Source: Octopus sinensis (taxonomy: Eukaryota). From it: 64,000 nucleotides of DNA. Positions 1 through 12,989 of this stretch are shown piece by piece. A program made the translations under genes and the position numbers. The DNA lies in contig NC_042999.1 in assembly GCF_006345805.1 (NCBI RefSeq), positions 75,516,001 to 75,580,000 on the forward strand, given 5' to 3'. The notes beneath the pieces were generated by a model, which was not told the DNA's origin, made no database searches, and was given only the letters and a program-made list of their open reading frames with translations. Positions within the stretch are counted from its first letter, which is position 1, and every line of letters begins with the position of its first letter.

Positions 1-600
1 CGTTTTCGATTGCTATTTTAGCATGCAGGTACTACCTGTAGTAAAATTATTAGTTAAAATGCTTATTTTTTACCTCAGCCCCACTATATATTGTATCCAA
101 ATCTCGCTGCAAGAGCACAATATTTCCAGTGTTGTGTATCCTCTTAGAGATTTTTGTATCGTCTGCATAGTTAGAAAGGATGACAACTGAAGGTATGTCT
201 AAGAAGGTCGCTATGAACAGCAGTAGCCCTAAGACAGTGCTCTGTGGAACACCACTTATTATCTCCTTAGCGGTGGCTTCGCTAGCCACCACTGCTTGAC
301 TTCTATCTTTTAAAATGTCATGCAGCCACTCTTCAAGTTTTCAGACTATGTTGAGATAACGCAGATCGGGGCATATCATCCCATGGTGAACTTTGTCCAA
401 GGCCTTTGTTAAGTCAAAGTTGAAAACCATGCTGGGCGTCAGTTAACAAGTTATTCTCGCCAAAGAACGCAAATCGTTTCTTTCGGTCTATTCTTTCCAT
501 GACTTTACCGATGTGTGATGTCAGAGAGATATAGGTCAATAGATTTTTAACATCTGCTCTGCTTCCTTCTTTATAGGTCCGGCATATCATTCCATTCTTC
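1..600 (-). mobile_element. Decayed CR1/L2-group LINE reverse transcriptase fragment
   Basis: Minus frames give ISLTSHIGKVMER...NLLTDAQHGF (414-629) and GVPQSTVLGLLLF...YADDTKI (50-292), which are RT motifs of CR1-type LINEs; frameshifted. Confidence 0.85.
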
Positions 601-634
601 AATTTATATATATATATATCTTTACACACACACG

Positions 635-775
635 ACTGGCTCCCACACAGTTTCCATCAATTAATTCACTCTGGCGACCCGCACTTATAGTAGAAATCAC
701 TAGCCCGAGGTGCTGCGTATTGGAGCCACAAGGCTGCAAAGGTGAGTTCTTAACCACACGGCTATATCTGAGCTT
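635..775 (-). mobile_element. Degenerate tRNA-derived SINE, family A (CORE-like)
   Basis: Reverse complement resembles the family A copy at 21111-21271. Confidence 0.6.
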
Positions 776-1129
776 ATTTTAGTTATTTCCCTTATAATAC
801 CTTTTAGCTAATCAACAATTTTATTAGTTTGAAATTTATAAAAAATACTTAACCGATTTCTACCCAATTTCTGCTGTTTTCTTTCTACGTTTGTTACTTC
901 TTTCATTTTCTTTCTATCTATTTGCACTTTGTTCTTATTCATATTCGCTCATTGCCTCGTCTTTGCCTTCTCCTATACGTCATTATACTTTTCTTTCTGT
1001 ATGTTTATCATATTCATTTTTTGTTTGTTTTACTTTTTGATGATAAATATATTGACATTGAATATAATTTTTTCAATATTTCTGAAGTTTTAAAGCAAAC
1101 AGAACGCTCTGAAAACTAATGATATTGTG

Positions 1130-1241
<112 letters not shown>

Positions 1242-1284
1242 GTCTGTCTCTCTTTCTCTCTGCGTAAATATACATACACACAGT

Positions 1285-1289
1285 CATAT

Positions 1290-1350
<61 letters not shown>

Positions 1351-1572
1351 CATATATATGTACGTATATATATATATATATATATATATACACGCATATA
1401 TACATACATGCACAAATAATTACCTATATACTTCATAAATGCATCCAGACGCACATAAATACGTATAGGCGTGTATACATGGACACACAAGCACACGCAT
1501 ACACACCTGAATAGGCATACACAGTACATATGCACTTATGTATGTATGTATGTATTTATGTATGTATGTATG

Positions 1573-1606
<34 letters not shown>

Positions 1607-1624
1607 TGTATGTATGTATGTATG

Positions 1625-1658
<34 letters not shown>

Positions 1659-1712
1659 TGTATGTATGTATGTATGTATGTATGTATGTATGTGTGCATG
1701 CATGTATGTACG
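1285..1712. repeat. (TA)n and (TATG)n microsatellite cluster
   Basis: Direct tandem repeats; source of the YIYI/MYVC pseudo-ORFs. Confidence 0.95.
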
Positions 1713-2373
1713 TGTGTGTATCTACGCATGTACAAAAAAGGTTTGTATGTAACTAAAAGCTGGGTGGTGTACAAACTGATATTGTGATAAAACAATACGA
1801 GATGTAAGGAAAACAAGTTCTAACAGCTATAAATCTAGAGTTGGGCGATATTAATCAATAGGAAACGGTGTTCGCTATATAATTGTTTAATGAATATGTC
1901 GATATGATTGATAGGGGATCGATAATGCTTGTAATATCAATGTCTGATTAACTCATGTCTTAATACACAGTCACACACACACATTTTTGTATATGTAGGG
2001 TTTTGCGCATATGTATATATGCATATGTGTATGGATAAAGATACATATCTACGCGTGCACGCGCGTGTGTGTGTTTGTGTATACGTGCGTGTGTTTATGA
2101 ATGTAAGCGAGTGACCGTGTGTACAGGTGTATATGCATATGTGCATGCGTTTTTTAAATAACGTATGCGTTCATGCACATAAACACAATCACACACACTT
2201 CCATACACACGCTCTCCCCACACACACATGCCACACATACACACAGTATTATATATATATATATGTATACTCAAACACACCAGCGAGTACGTTTGGCAAG
2301 CGTCAATAGCAAGGAACCTTTAAGTGTGAGAAAAATAGCCTGGTTTACCAAAACAAATTATATATATATATAT

Positions 2374-2441
<68 letters not shown>

Positions 2442-2494
2442 GTGCGTGTATATATATATATATATTATATATATATGTATATTCTTTCCTTGGT

Positions 2495-2703
2495 TTTAGT
2501 CATTCGACTGCGGCCATGCTGGGACATCACCTTGAAAGCTTATAGTCGAGCAAATTGACCCCATTGTTTTTTTTTAAAGTCTGGTTCTTATTTGGTCGGT
2601 CCTTTTTGTTGAACCTCTAGATTACGGTCCCTAAACAATCCAAACCTGGTTGTCAAGCGGAAAGGGAAACTGACATAAACACAAAAACACACTCGCACAT
2701 ACG

Positions 2704-2759
<56 letters not shown>

Positions 2760-2935
2760 TACTCTGGCGCACACGCATATACACATATATTTTACGAAGG
2801 GCTTTTTTCAGTTTCCAGCTATAAAAAAATTTGACACGACTTTGGTCGGCCCAAGTCTACATAGTAAAAGACACTATAGTAGAAAACACTTGCTCAAGAT
2901 GCCACGCAGTGGAATTGTACCTGAAACCATGTGCA
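2495..2935 (-). mobile_element. Composite family A SINE (head, microsatellite, 3' module)
   Basis: Contains GACTGCGGCCATGCT, GGTTGTCAAGCG and CTATAGTAGAAAACACTTGCTCAAGATGCCACGCAGTGG, matching the reverse complement of 21111-21510. Confidence 0.75.
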
Positions 2936-3019
2936 GCAGCCCCCATATATATGATGATTGCTTCATCTTCACAGCTAATTTTCATGTCTTTTGCTTTCTG
3001 GTTGCCAAGTGCATTTGTG

Positions 3020-3110
3020 ACTTTACATCCATGACTTCTCAAATGACTGTTCAGTCCAGTTGCAAATCTGCATGGTTTGACGCACAGATGACAGACGTAA
3101 CTTACAGTGA
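3020..3110 (-). mobile_element. Probable RTE LINE C-terminal C2H2 finger remnant
   Basis: YVCHLCVKPCRFATGLNSHLRSH in ORF 2857-3195; a single finger of the RxGLxSHxRxH type seen at RTE ORF ends. Confidence 0.5.
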
Positions 3111-3701
3111 GTTTCCAAATAGCTACATCTTCACTGGTCACTACTTCTAGCAGTAGATGGAATGACAAATCAATTAGGTCACCATAAAGAGACATTCGTA
3201 TGTCATTGGATTATAGTGATAAATGCTTGTACAACACGAGTACCACTCTCTGAGACTCTGTTATCACTAATACCCTGTGACAGACCGAAGCGAGATAACT
3301 AGAAATCATGTGAAACTGCGGGTTTTATATGATCGAGTCCCTCACCTAGAAGGATGTTGTAACAACAGCAAATGGTCTCTCATTCCCAGTATTTTTACTA
3401 TGCACACTGACACCTACCAAGTGTATTTTTGCGTCCCCGCACTCAGAAAGAGTGTCCACACATGTGTTAGTTAGCCCATAGTTGGGACCCTGACAGATGC
3501 TCCTACTCGAGTCAGTGTAGATCTGGGAACAATAGTGGCTGCGAGGTGGTTCCGCACTCCTCAAAACCTTGAAATTCCCGAAACAAGAGCCCCATTACCG
3601 GATGTAATTTAAAGTCATACCCTTACATATGTATGCATATGTATACATACATACATACATACATACATACATACATACATACATACATACATACATACAT
3701 A

Positions 3702-3829
3702 AACCCCAAATTCTATATATTCCTTTCTACCAATGTAAAGACGGGATCACCACACAGGAGAGAATTAACAAGGAGAATCTCTTTATTGAAAAATTCCAAA
3801 CACAACTTAATATGCAAACTCCTCGTTGA
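3702..3829 (+). mobile_element. PLE GIY-YIG C-terminal remnant
   Basis: PFYQCKDGITTQERINKENLFIEKFQTQLN resembles the R..KE..FI....LN end of PLE endonucleases. Confidence 0.55.
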
Positions 3830-4494
3830 TCAAACTTCCTTTTTCTACCTCATTCTTCATGGATGGACTAACACAAATATATAAGGATACCATGCATTCA
3901 TCACTTCAAGCTAAAACTTATATTCTTTAAATATCATTTTTACTATTGTTGTTATTACTATCATTTTTATTATATATGATATAACAATCTGAAATGTAAT
4001 TATAAATTGGTCTATGCAAATTTATATAATTAGAAAATAATATAAATAAAGTGTTAAAATCTGAAAGTTAAGTTAACAAACAGTTATATAAGAAAGATAA
4101 TGCAAATGAAGCTAAAATGATAATTTTATAATTTGGGGTTGATTAGCAGCCTTTATTGCAGGGGAGTTTGAGAAACGCAAATTGAAGAACTCAAAAGAGT
4201 TGTCTCCCCTTATTCACAAAGCAGGAACTGAAGAACCACAATTACTACTACTTCCTGTTTTGCCAAGATCCTTAATTAAACCAAACAACACATGGTCTTA
4301 ATCCCATTGGATCCTAATACCTCAAGGTAATTTTTTCGTGAACAATCATTAAACTCAAGATACACAACGAACTCACAATGTATCGGAGTACTTATTTTTT
4401 AATTTTTGTACATATTTATTATTATTCTTTTGCAAAAAACAATGCAACTTTCTTTTTTCCCCTTCCTCATTTTTAAAAAACTTTTTTACCTAAC

Positions 4495-4536
4495 TATTCT
4501 TGATAAGTCACATCATGACGAAAACCGGTTTGAATA
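4495..4536 (+). ncRNA. Minimal type-I hammerhead ribozyme motif with two core substitutions
   Basis: TATTC-TTGATAA-GTCA catca TGAC-GAAA-ACCGGT-TT-GAATA. Stems I and II are perfect and stem III is palindromic (AAACCGGTTT); the core CUGANGA reads UUGAUAA. Confidence 0.65.
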
Positions 4537-4676
4537 AATATATATTTATATATATTTCTCATTTTATATATTTCTCATTTCATTAAAATTTTCTTTCAAT
4601 TTAGCATTCTGCATTTTTAAAATTTTTCCTTGCTTATCATTTCTCCACGTGCGGTCAACACAACCCTACCATTTAT

Positions 4677-4761
<85 letters not shown>

Positions 4762-4810
4762 GTGTGTGTGTGTGTGTGCGTGTGTGTATGTATGTATATA
4801 TATATGTGTG

Positions 4811-4850
<40 letters not shown>

Positions 4851-7558
4851 CACCCGCACGCGTGTGTATGCATATGTAGTTATCAAGCAGTTTCTCGGGC
4901 TTACAATGATGTATCTGAAGTATGATACACAAACTGATATTTTGCACTAATACTGCTTTTGTCACTTGTAATGAGAATATATATAACACCCAACTGAATT
5001 TAGTTGCCATACTCCTTTGCAAAATGTAAAAATTCAATGCTTTTTCTTTTGAGCTTAAATTCGTATTTATTATTTACATCCTAATTCCAACCATGTGGAT
5101 CTCTTGAAATGAAATCTAAATCTGAAAACTTGGTCTTTAAAAAAGAAATGTTTTGTTTAAAGCATCCAAGAATTTTCAAAGATTAATTTTAACTATGTAT
5201 AAGCTGAATGAAAAAGGAAACATGGAAGCAATGCTTGAAGCATAATTTACAAATACACAGAGATATTTACCACAAATTGTATGTTTAAACTGCCTTTGTA
5301 TCATTAGTTTCATTCACGTAGGTACAAGATCGCAGACAATTTAAAAGAGAAACCGGATGAGGCCGTATTTACGATTTACTAAAAGGTTTTAACTACAAAA
5401 TGAAGTGAAATAATATCAATGTATAAACCATTTCTTCTATATCAACAAAGGTTTGAGATAACCTGACCTACATGTTTTTTCTTCGTCATCCCCCAAAAGA
5501 TCAAAGCTCTTTTGCCTTCCTTTGATACCCGTTTGATCTTCGCGATAAGGAGAAAAATGAAAGAAGAAAAACTAAAACCCTTATTGCTGATTTGATTTTG
5601 CACATATACAAGAAGAGTAGACAAATGACATTATCTAATCCCTAAAAATCCATTATCTCTCACTGTTGTTGTTTTCCAGTGGTCTGTTGTCATTTTACTT
5701 AAGTTAGTTTTTTGTAACAAAGAGAATTTAACAGCCGATAATTTTTTTTCTACCCCACATTCTGTTCAGTCCCGCACAACACAAATATAGCATTTATATT
5801 CCGCCGATATAAAACTGAGTAGGAAAACAAATGACCAAAAACTTTTTCTAAATATATAAACACTGAAATAATATTTTTTGTTTTGATGAAATATATCTTC
5901 ATGTACAGATTACATTGAAGTGTATTAATTACCCTTGCAGATTACAAATGCAAAGATATAATCGTTTTGGGTTTTAGCCGCCTCACGAAATAAACTTGAC
6001 AAATGACTATCTACATTTATATGTATTAATATTGTTGCGAGTGTGGTGGAGCGAGTTTACTCATGTCCTGATAAACCGACAATACGTACAGATTTTAGTT
6101 TTTCAGTTGAAGCCATTTTATTTCCATTACGTTACTAATGCCACAAAGAAAAGGCATGACGATCACAACCTTTCATTCCACTCATTCAAACTAGAAGATA
6201 TTTCTATCTAGTAAAAAATAAATAAATAAATAAAGGAAAATGCACTTTTGTAATGTTTTCTGTGACACGTTAATTTGTGTTGCTATTGTTAAAACCCAAA
6301 TCAGTTCTGGCGAAGCATAACTTAAGATCAAAGGTAGACCAACAATCACCGTTCTTTCCATCCAGACGAAGTCTATGGAACAAAGTGATAGCTAGTTTCT
6401 TTATATTGATTCATCATCCAAAAGAGGAAAGTTCTTTTATATCATGAACCAACTTAATTTTTCTTTCAAACGGTTTTTAAGTCAAATTAGAATTCACGTA
6501 CGGTAGCAATTATATTTACTTTCATGTAAACGATGTTACAAAAGCTCAAAATAACCATATCAAAATAGAAATACGGCAAAAATGATGGAAAATGAGGAGA
6601 AAAAATATTAGAAATATAAATCAAAAACTATAATAGGGAAAACCTGTGGATTCCAGCAAAAAAGATCAGAATCTAGGATCAATTGAAGATTTGACTCGAC
6701 AAATTTTCACTTGATAAATTTTATGCAAATAAAAATTATTTACATTAGCACGTGTCATAATTTGTTTAATAGCTCTTCAGTTTTACTATTTTGATATAAG
6801 CTGATAGCCCAACAAGTTTCTACAAGAACAAGACAAAAAGTTTGCTGGGAGAATGACTTTTAAGCTACAATTTGATTGTAAGCAGTCTTTGGCTGTTGAA
6901 TTGTTATGGGACTTGTGTATGTGGTAAAGCATTTCTACTTTTACAATAGATATTGGTATGATCTTTATTAAGTATACATCATTATTTTGAGTGAATTTCG
7001 TCGGTTAAAGACGCACACACATACGGTGATAGAATGACTCAATGCCAGCGTATTAACAAAGAAATATCTTTCATAACAAAATGCCAACCACCTCTGATAA
7101 TACTCTAATTTTTGTTGGCGCCACCACGAAGATTACTGGTGGTTACTTAGATAGATGACTGATATAAGCCAACACTACTATTAGCTGGATAGAAAACTAC
7201 TCTAAGCAACTGGGATTCCTAGCTGCTACAACTACTGTCCCTCCTCCCATCACCAAAATACCTATTGGATTCCACTTTTATTAACCGGTCACCGCTGCCA
7301 ACTACCAACTATCAGAAGGAAACGAAATACAGCATTATGTGATCTTTATAAAAAAAAAAACATTTGAACCACCAGATGTGATATTATGAAAGATTAATTT
7401 ACTTTATTTCAATTTATTTTCCTTTTTATTCCAGCATAATTTAGTCGTTTACTTAAAGATGGTTAGTTAAAAATATAATTATTGTCTTTCTGCCTTCTAT
7501 TACAATTTTTTCTCTGCATTTGTTTCTTTTTAGTTTTCCAACTGACTTGATACGTTTT

Positions 7559-7994
7559 CACCTATTTGTCTACAGCGAGAAATTTTCTCCATAACAAAAT
7601 ACAGTGATGGCTTTCTTACAGGTTCGAATGTGCCCCAAGCACATTTGAACTGGTAACAAATTTATATTTATACATATCAGTGCTTAGTACATCGATTTCG
7701 TATTTTATTACGGCCAGTCCGCCGATTAGCGCAACTAGTTAAAGTACACCTCCCTATTCCAGTATCTAATGCTGGGAGAAGATTACTCCAAAATGCATGC
7801 TTCCACCAGTCTGGTTAGGGAACGCTTAAGACTGATTTATTGTGTTCACACCTATTTGTCTACAGCGAGAAAGTTCCTCCATAACAAAGTATAGTGAACG
7901 GCTTTCTTATGGGTTCGAATATGTCTCAAGCATATTTGGACTAGCGACAAGTTTATATTTATACACATCACTGCTTAGAGCTTCAATTTCGTGT
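7559..7994. repeat. Two diverged ~145-bp direct repeats, period 290 bp (7559-7703, 7849-7994)
   Basis: First 24 nt identical (CACCTATTTGTCTACAGCGAGAAA); clear similarity thereafter. Confidence 0.85.
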
Positions 7995-9215
7995 ATATAT
8001 AAATGTGTGTGTGTGTGTGTGTGTGACGTATCTATATACGACAGTGCATGTAAGTGTGTGACTTTCAAAGGTCGGTTACACAAACACCTCTTATTGCTCT
8101 CGATGTCGGAAATGCAGTAGATCACTGATTGACATGTAGGAAATCTATAACGAATGGAGCTATTGTTCGCAAATATATATATTTTTTAAAAAATGCTTTC
8201 CGAAGCTTTAATGTTTTTGATACAGAAGTATAGTATTCCATAGGTTTGAAGAACAAGACGAATTTGAAGAGAGGATTCGAACTAAGAACACAAAATAGCA
8301 AAAACTAAATACGACCAAGTATTTATTCTGCAGCCCAAAGATTTGTGCCAATATTCTGCGCTTAATTAAAAGCAAAAGCAGAAATAAAGGTGCAAACAAG
8401 AAATAAAGAGAACAGAGAATGAGTAGCAGCTGGCGTCTCTGAAATAAAATCAAAAGATTTAGTATTTATCTATCGTCAAATGTACGACTCGTATGAGAGA
8501 TTATCGAAAAAATGTGAAATGTGCTGTGATTTAGGAGTTAGATATCTGATCGGCAAACAAGTATTCGTATTTAAGTCAATTGAAGAAAAATATAAATAAT
8601 TCAAAGATTTAAGATTTTCTGATATCCTTTACATATTGTCTAGTAGCTGTTTGAAGGCGTCGCTTGTGTACTGTCTATGACAATAATATGAATTCTCTCT
8701 CTCTTTCTCTTTCATTCTCAATCTCATACTTTTTATGTTTGTAAATATTTATGCACATACATTCACACACATATATTAACGTTTAATACCACTTCATTCA
8801 AAGCAATGCTAAAATTAACATAAAACTCTAACCAGTTCAATCTGAAAGGATATTACAGTGAAGACCCTAAATGCAACAGTCGCTAACCGATGTAATAGAG
8901 ACATCCAATTACGAAACTGTTTTTACTGAGCTGTCAAAGCTTAGACAACTTGTATGTGATATGGTCGCATGCCAAGGTCTTTGGCTAGGATTCAGCATAC
9001 TGTTCTCTGTGCAATCCCCGTTTCTAGACTACATCGTCTCGTCGATTTAATGGATTCTGGAGTACGGTCTGCTGCACAACAACAATGTTCAAGGTACTTC
9101 TGCCTGATTTGGGCCGGCCCACATTTCCTTGATAGTTATCCTCTACTGATCCATTCGATATACATACATACATACATACATACATACATACATACATACA
9201 CACACACCACACACA

Positions 9216-9275
<60 letters not shown>

Positions 9276-9324
9276 TTATATATATACATATATATATATA
9301 CACACACATATATATATATATATA

Positions 9325-9470
9325 GTTAATCCAAACAAGAAAGCACAAAAAAAACACAACAACGCGAGGACGTGGAACAAATATAGTATTATTGGACGCC
9401 CAGGAAAGAAGGAAAGAAGGAGGGTTTAATGTTTCGAGCGGAGCTCTTCGTCGGAAACATAGGAGAAGGA
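9325..9470 (-). mobile_element. Short PLE-type terminal repeat carrying a variant hammerhead (9424-9458)
   Basis: Minus strand reads GTTT-CCGACGA-A-GAGC tcc GCTC-GAAAC-ATT-AAAC; a related but ribozyme-less copy lies at 44740-44836. Confidence 0.6.
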
Positions 9471-10331
9471 AAGATCCAGAGAAGAGAAGACAGAGGAAAA
9501 AAAAGAAAAAAAAAGAAAAAATATATATTGAATTACAACTAAAATTGCTTATGAATGTCTTTGCCGGAAACTTGAAAATGTACCAGCATTAGCAGAATGT
9601 ATACCATTCTCACTATTGCATCTGTTAAAAGTTTTGTTTTTGCTATCTAAGTACAAAGCATAACTACTAAATAATTCCCCATTATTCGTATGATCATAAG
9701 CTTGCAAGGAATGACATCAAGTGACATATGGTTATTACTAAAACCATAAGTAACGCCATCCTTAAGAGTCGTGCTACCCAGAAAATAAATATAAACAAAT
9801 TTCTGACGTCAAATTCATTCTTAGTTTCCAACACAATATTGGTGAGCCATTCAAAACAAAGCTTCTATTATAAGAAAACTTGACAGAACATAGTTCTATG
9901 GCGCAGCGAAAGAAAATATATTATGTGTTCTTTCAACTGAAGGGTGTTAAGTTGGCGATATCGACATCTGTACATTTTATCAAGCTTGTAATTGATTCAA
10001 CTCATTTTAAAGCGTTATGAATGAACTAACACACACACATATCAATGCATTTGTGTGCGCGCGCGTATGTGTGCATATATATGTATGTGTTAGAATATTG
10101 CGCCAGTATATTTAGCACCAGTCAATTTCCATTTACAAAGCATTGATCCAGCTCGAAAAGGTTGGCTTAAAAAATCTTCATAGGCTGACTAAGAAGGGGT
10201 GATACTAGAGCAGTGAAATATTGCATGCATTAATATCAACACTTGCCATTGATAATTACTTTGTTTCTTTCCAGGGAAACACACATCAGAGTGTTCAAAA
10301 AATAATTCAACAGTATCTAGTAGCGAATTCT

Positions 10332-10501
10332 GGGAACCACTACCGCAGTGATGATAACGTCATACCTTCCGTTGATGACTTTTTTGACCGATAGGATGAA
10401 AGCTTCTTCATCAATGGGATCCACGCACAGCAACACCGGTGGAAGAAGTGTGTGGACCACATACCTTGGTCAGAGTATGAACCTTTCAGCTAACTCTTGT
10501 A
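10332..10501 (+). mobile_element. mariner transposase C-terminal fragment with TIR remnant
   Basis: GNHYRSDDNVIPSVDDFFDR*DESFFINGIHAQQHRWKKCVDH. Confidence 0.7.
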
Positions 10502-11315
10502 CAGCAGAAAGCATTTGACAAGCATCTCAAACTAAATCGTATTTACAATCAGACAAGCTGAAATGTGAACGCTGTTGAAACCTTACTCTCAAAATTTTTA
10601 AACACTCTACTTTTCTTCATAGACACACAAGCACATGCATTCACATACGCGCTTGCACACACAAATACACACACACGCACATATATACAAGTGTATCTAA
10701 ATCTATACAAATATACACTTCCCTCAAACACAGTCTATATGTTGTATATCTACATGTGTGAATTTGTGAATATATGGGTTTATTTGTGTGTCTTGTGTCT
10801 AGTTGTGTGTGTTTTTGTACAAATTATTTTCATCTATGATCACACAAGCATTAAGTGATAATTACTGCTTGTCTGTTTCTTGGTTTAACTTCTTTAAGTA
10901 TAATCCAACGTCGCCTGTTTCGCTTCTGTTAAATCATACAGGATCAACCAGACAAAAATGCACTTTACAATATCTAACATTTTCTCTGAAAATAGATTTG
11001 CAAGAACAATTATAAATGATTGTTCGTTTAAATACATGAAGGGAACATGAATTTTTGTCTCCAGACGATTAGTAGGTGCTGATTTCTTATCAGCTAAAGT
11101 TGATCCCTGCTTTAACTTTAAAACACACATGAATTGCTGCTAGACCATTGACAGTTCTGCTGATGGTAATGAAAATTGAGCACGCTTAATGAGTTAGAGA
11201 GACGGGAATAATTTACTTTCCATGATATCTCGCTGGCAATTGCTGGCTCTCCGGAATTAAGGAACATACGTAATGTAATACATATGTATGCATGTCTGTA
11301 TGCACGTACACACAC

Positions 11316-11356
<41 letters not shown>

Positions 11357-11480
11357 TACACACACTTACATAAACACACATATACATACATATATATATA
11401 CATATAAATATGTATGTATATATGTGTATACATTTATACCTCTGTATTTATTTAAGTGTATAGATATATGTGTATGTATG

Positions 11481-11539
<59 letters not shown>

Positions 11540-11540
11540 C

Positions 11541-12810
11541 ATTGGGTCATCCCATAAATAATGCGTTTTTTTATACTTTTATTTTTTAAAATTAAGATAA
11601 AGTTCTTTATAATCTAAATACGCCCTCTTTCATTTTCTACAATGCTCTTTCATCTTTCTGGTAGACATGTAAGGCTCCTCTTCCAAAATTCACTTCTCCG
11701 TGACGAAAAATACTTCTCCAGTACTGTTCTGACCTCCTGTACAGAATTCATATTTTTTCTGTCCAAATGATTTTGAAGACTGCAGAATACATGATAGTCA
11801 GATGGGACATGGTCTGGTGAACATGGTTGGGAGGAGGGGGTCGTTTCACATTGAAACTGTTCCAGCCTTTGGAATATCATCCTCGCTGCATGTGGCCGAG
11901 CATTGTACTGATGGAAGAACACCTTTCATCTTCAAACCAAAAATGGTCATTTTACTTCTCGCGCTGACTTAAGTCGCTCAAACTGCTCACAGTAGATCTC
12001 CTTTGTTATCGTTTGGTTTGGATTTGAAAGTTCAAAGTGGACTAAACCTTTCAAATCCCACCAAACAGATAACAACACATTACGTGGGTAAAGACCTTAT
12101 TTAGACTGGGGTGCCGGTGTTTCTCCTTTCCCTACCCAATGTCCTCTGCGCTTGACATTTTTATAGAGAACGCATTTCTCGACACCTATCACTATTCTGT
12201 CCAAAATAGTTTTATTCGTAAGATATGACAGCAAAGAAGAGCAGACATTCACTCTCGGAAAGTTTCGGAGGAACTCATTGACACAATTTGCTAACTTTTC
12301 TGATGGCACGCAAGTATCGCTGAGTGGTTGAATTGCCAAATCCAAGCTTCTCTGCTAGTTCCTCAACAGTTACGATGGGATTTCGTTCCACCAAGATTTG
12401 CAGGGCGTCCTCGTCGAACTCTACAGATCTTCCAGGACGAGGCTCGTCTTCTAGGCTGTAGTTTCCGGCTCAGAATTTCTGGAAGCACGGTTAGCACTGG
12501 CTTACACTTATTGTCCCATCCTCATATTCTGCATCAATATTCCTCGCACTTTCCATTACTTTGTTGCCTTTATTGAACTCATAAAGCAAAATATACCGAG
12601 TATGTTACTTTGTCATTTCCATTATAGCTTTGAAAAAATAACTGTTAGAATCGAACTGCACTCTTCAAAACTTGCACTAAGAATAAGTAACAAGATAAAA
12701 TTAGTTGCTGCTTTTATAGCAAGTTGATGCAAGTAGTTTATCCCGTCCTCCGCTGACTTTTAGTTCATGCAATTGAAAAAAAACCCGCATAATTTATGGG
12801 ATGACCCAAT
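11541..12810 (-). mobile_element. Full-length (~1.27 kb) degenerate mariner transposon
   Basis: 25-bp TIRs ATTGGGTCATCCCATAAATAATGCG and CGCATAATTTATGGGATGACCCAAT (1 mismatch). Peptides ILDRIVIGVEKCVLYKNVKRR and HQYNARPH...SPDHVPSDYHVFCSLQNHL; frameshifted. Confidence 0.95.
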
Positions 12811-12816
12811 ATATAT

Positions 12817-12869
<53 letters not shown>

Positions 12870-12958
12870 TTATATATATGTATATATAAATGATTATACG
12901 TATGTTTATATGTTTATATTTATATAAAGATATGTATGTTTGTGGTGTGTGAGTATGC

Positions 12959-12989
<31 letters not shown>

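Noticed and set aside
2857-3195. C2H2 zinc-finger gene of the expanded octopus family
   Set aside because: Single finger, no TGEKP linkers, and the motif fits an RTE LINE C-terminus better.
7262-7308. Minus-strand exon encoding LVVGSGDRLIKVESN (WD40-like)
   Set aside because: Weak donor, phase incompatible with the 5472-5537 candidate, and no other WD repeats nearby.
7665-7710. Type-II hammerhead-like arrangement on the minus strand of the 290-bp repeat
   Set aside because: The core is non-canonical in both copies (CTGATAT and GTGATGT) and there is no valid NUH site or stem I.
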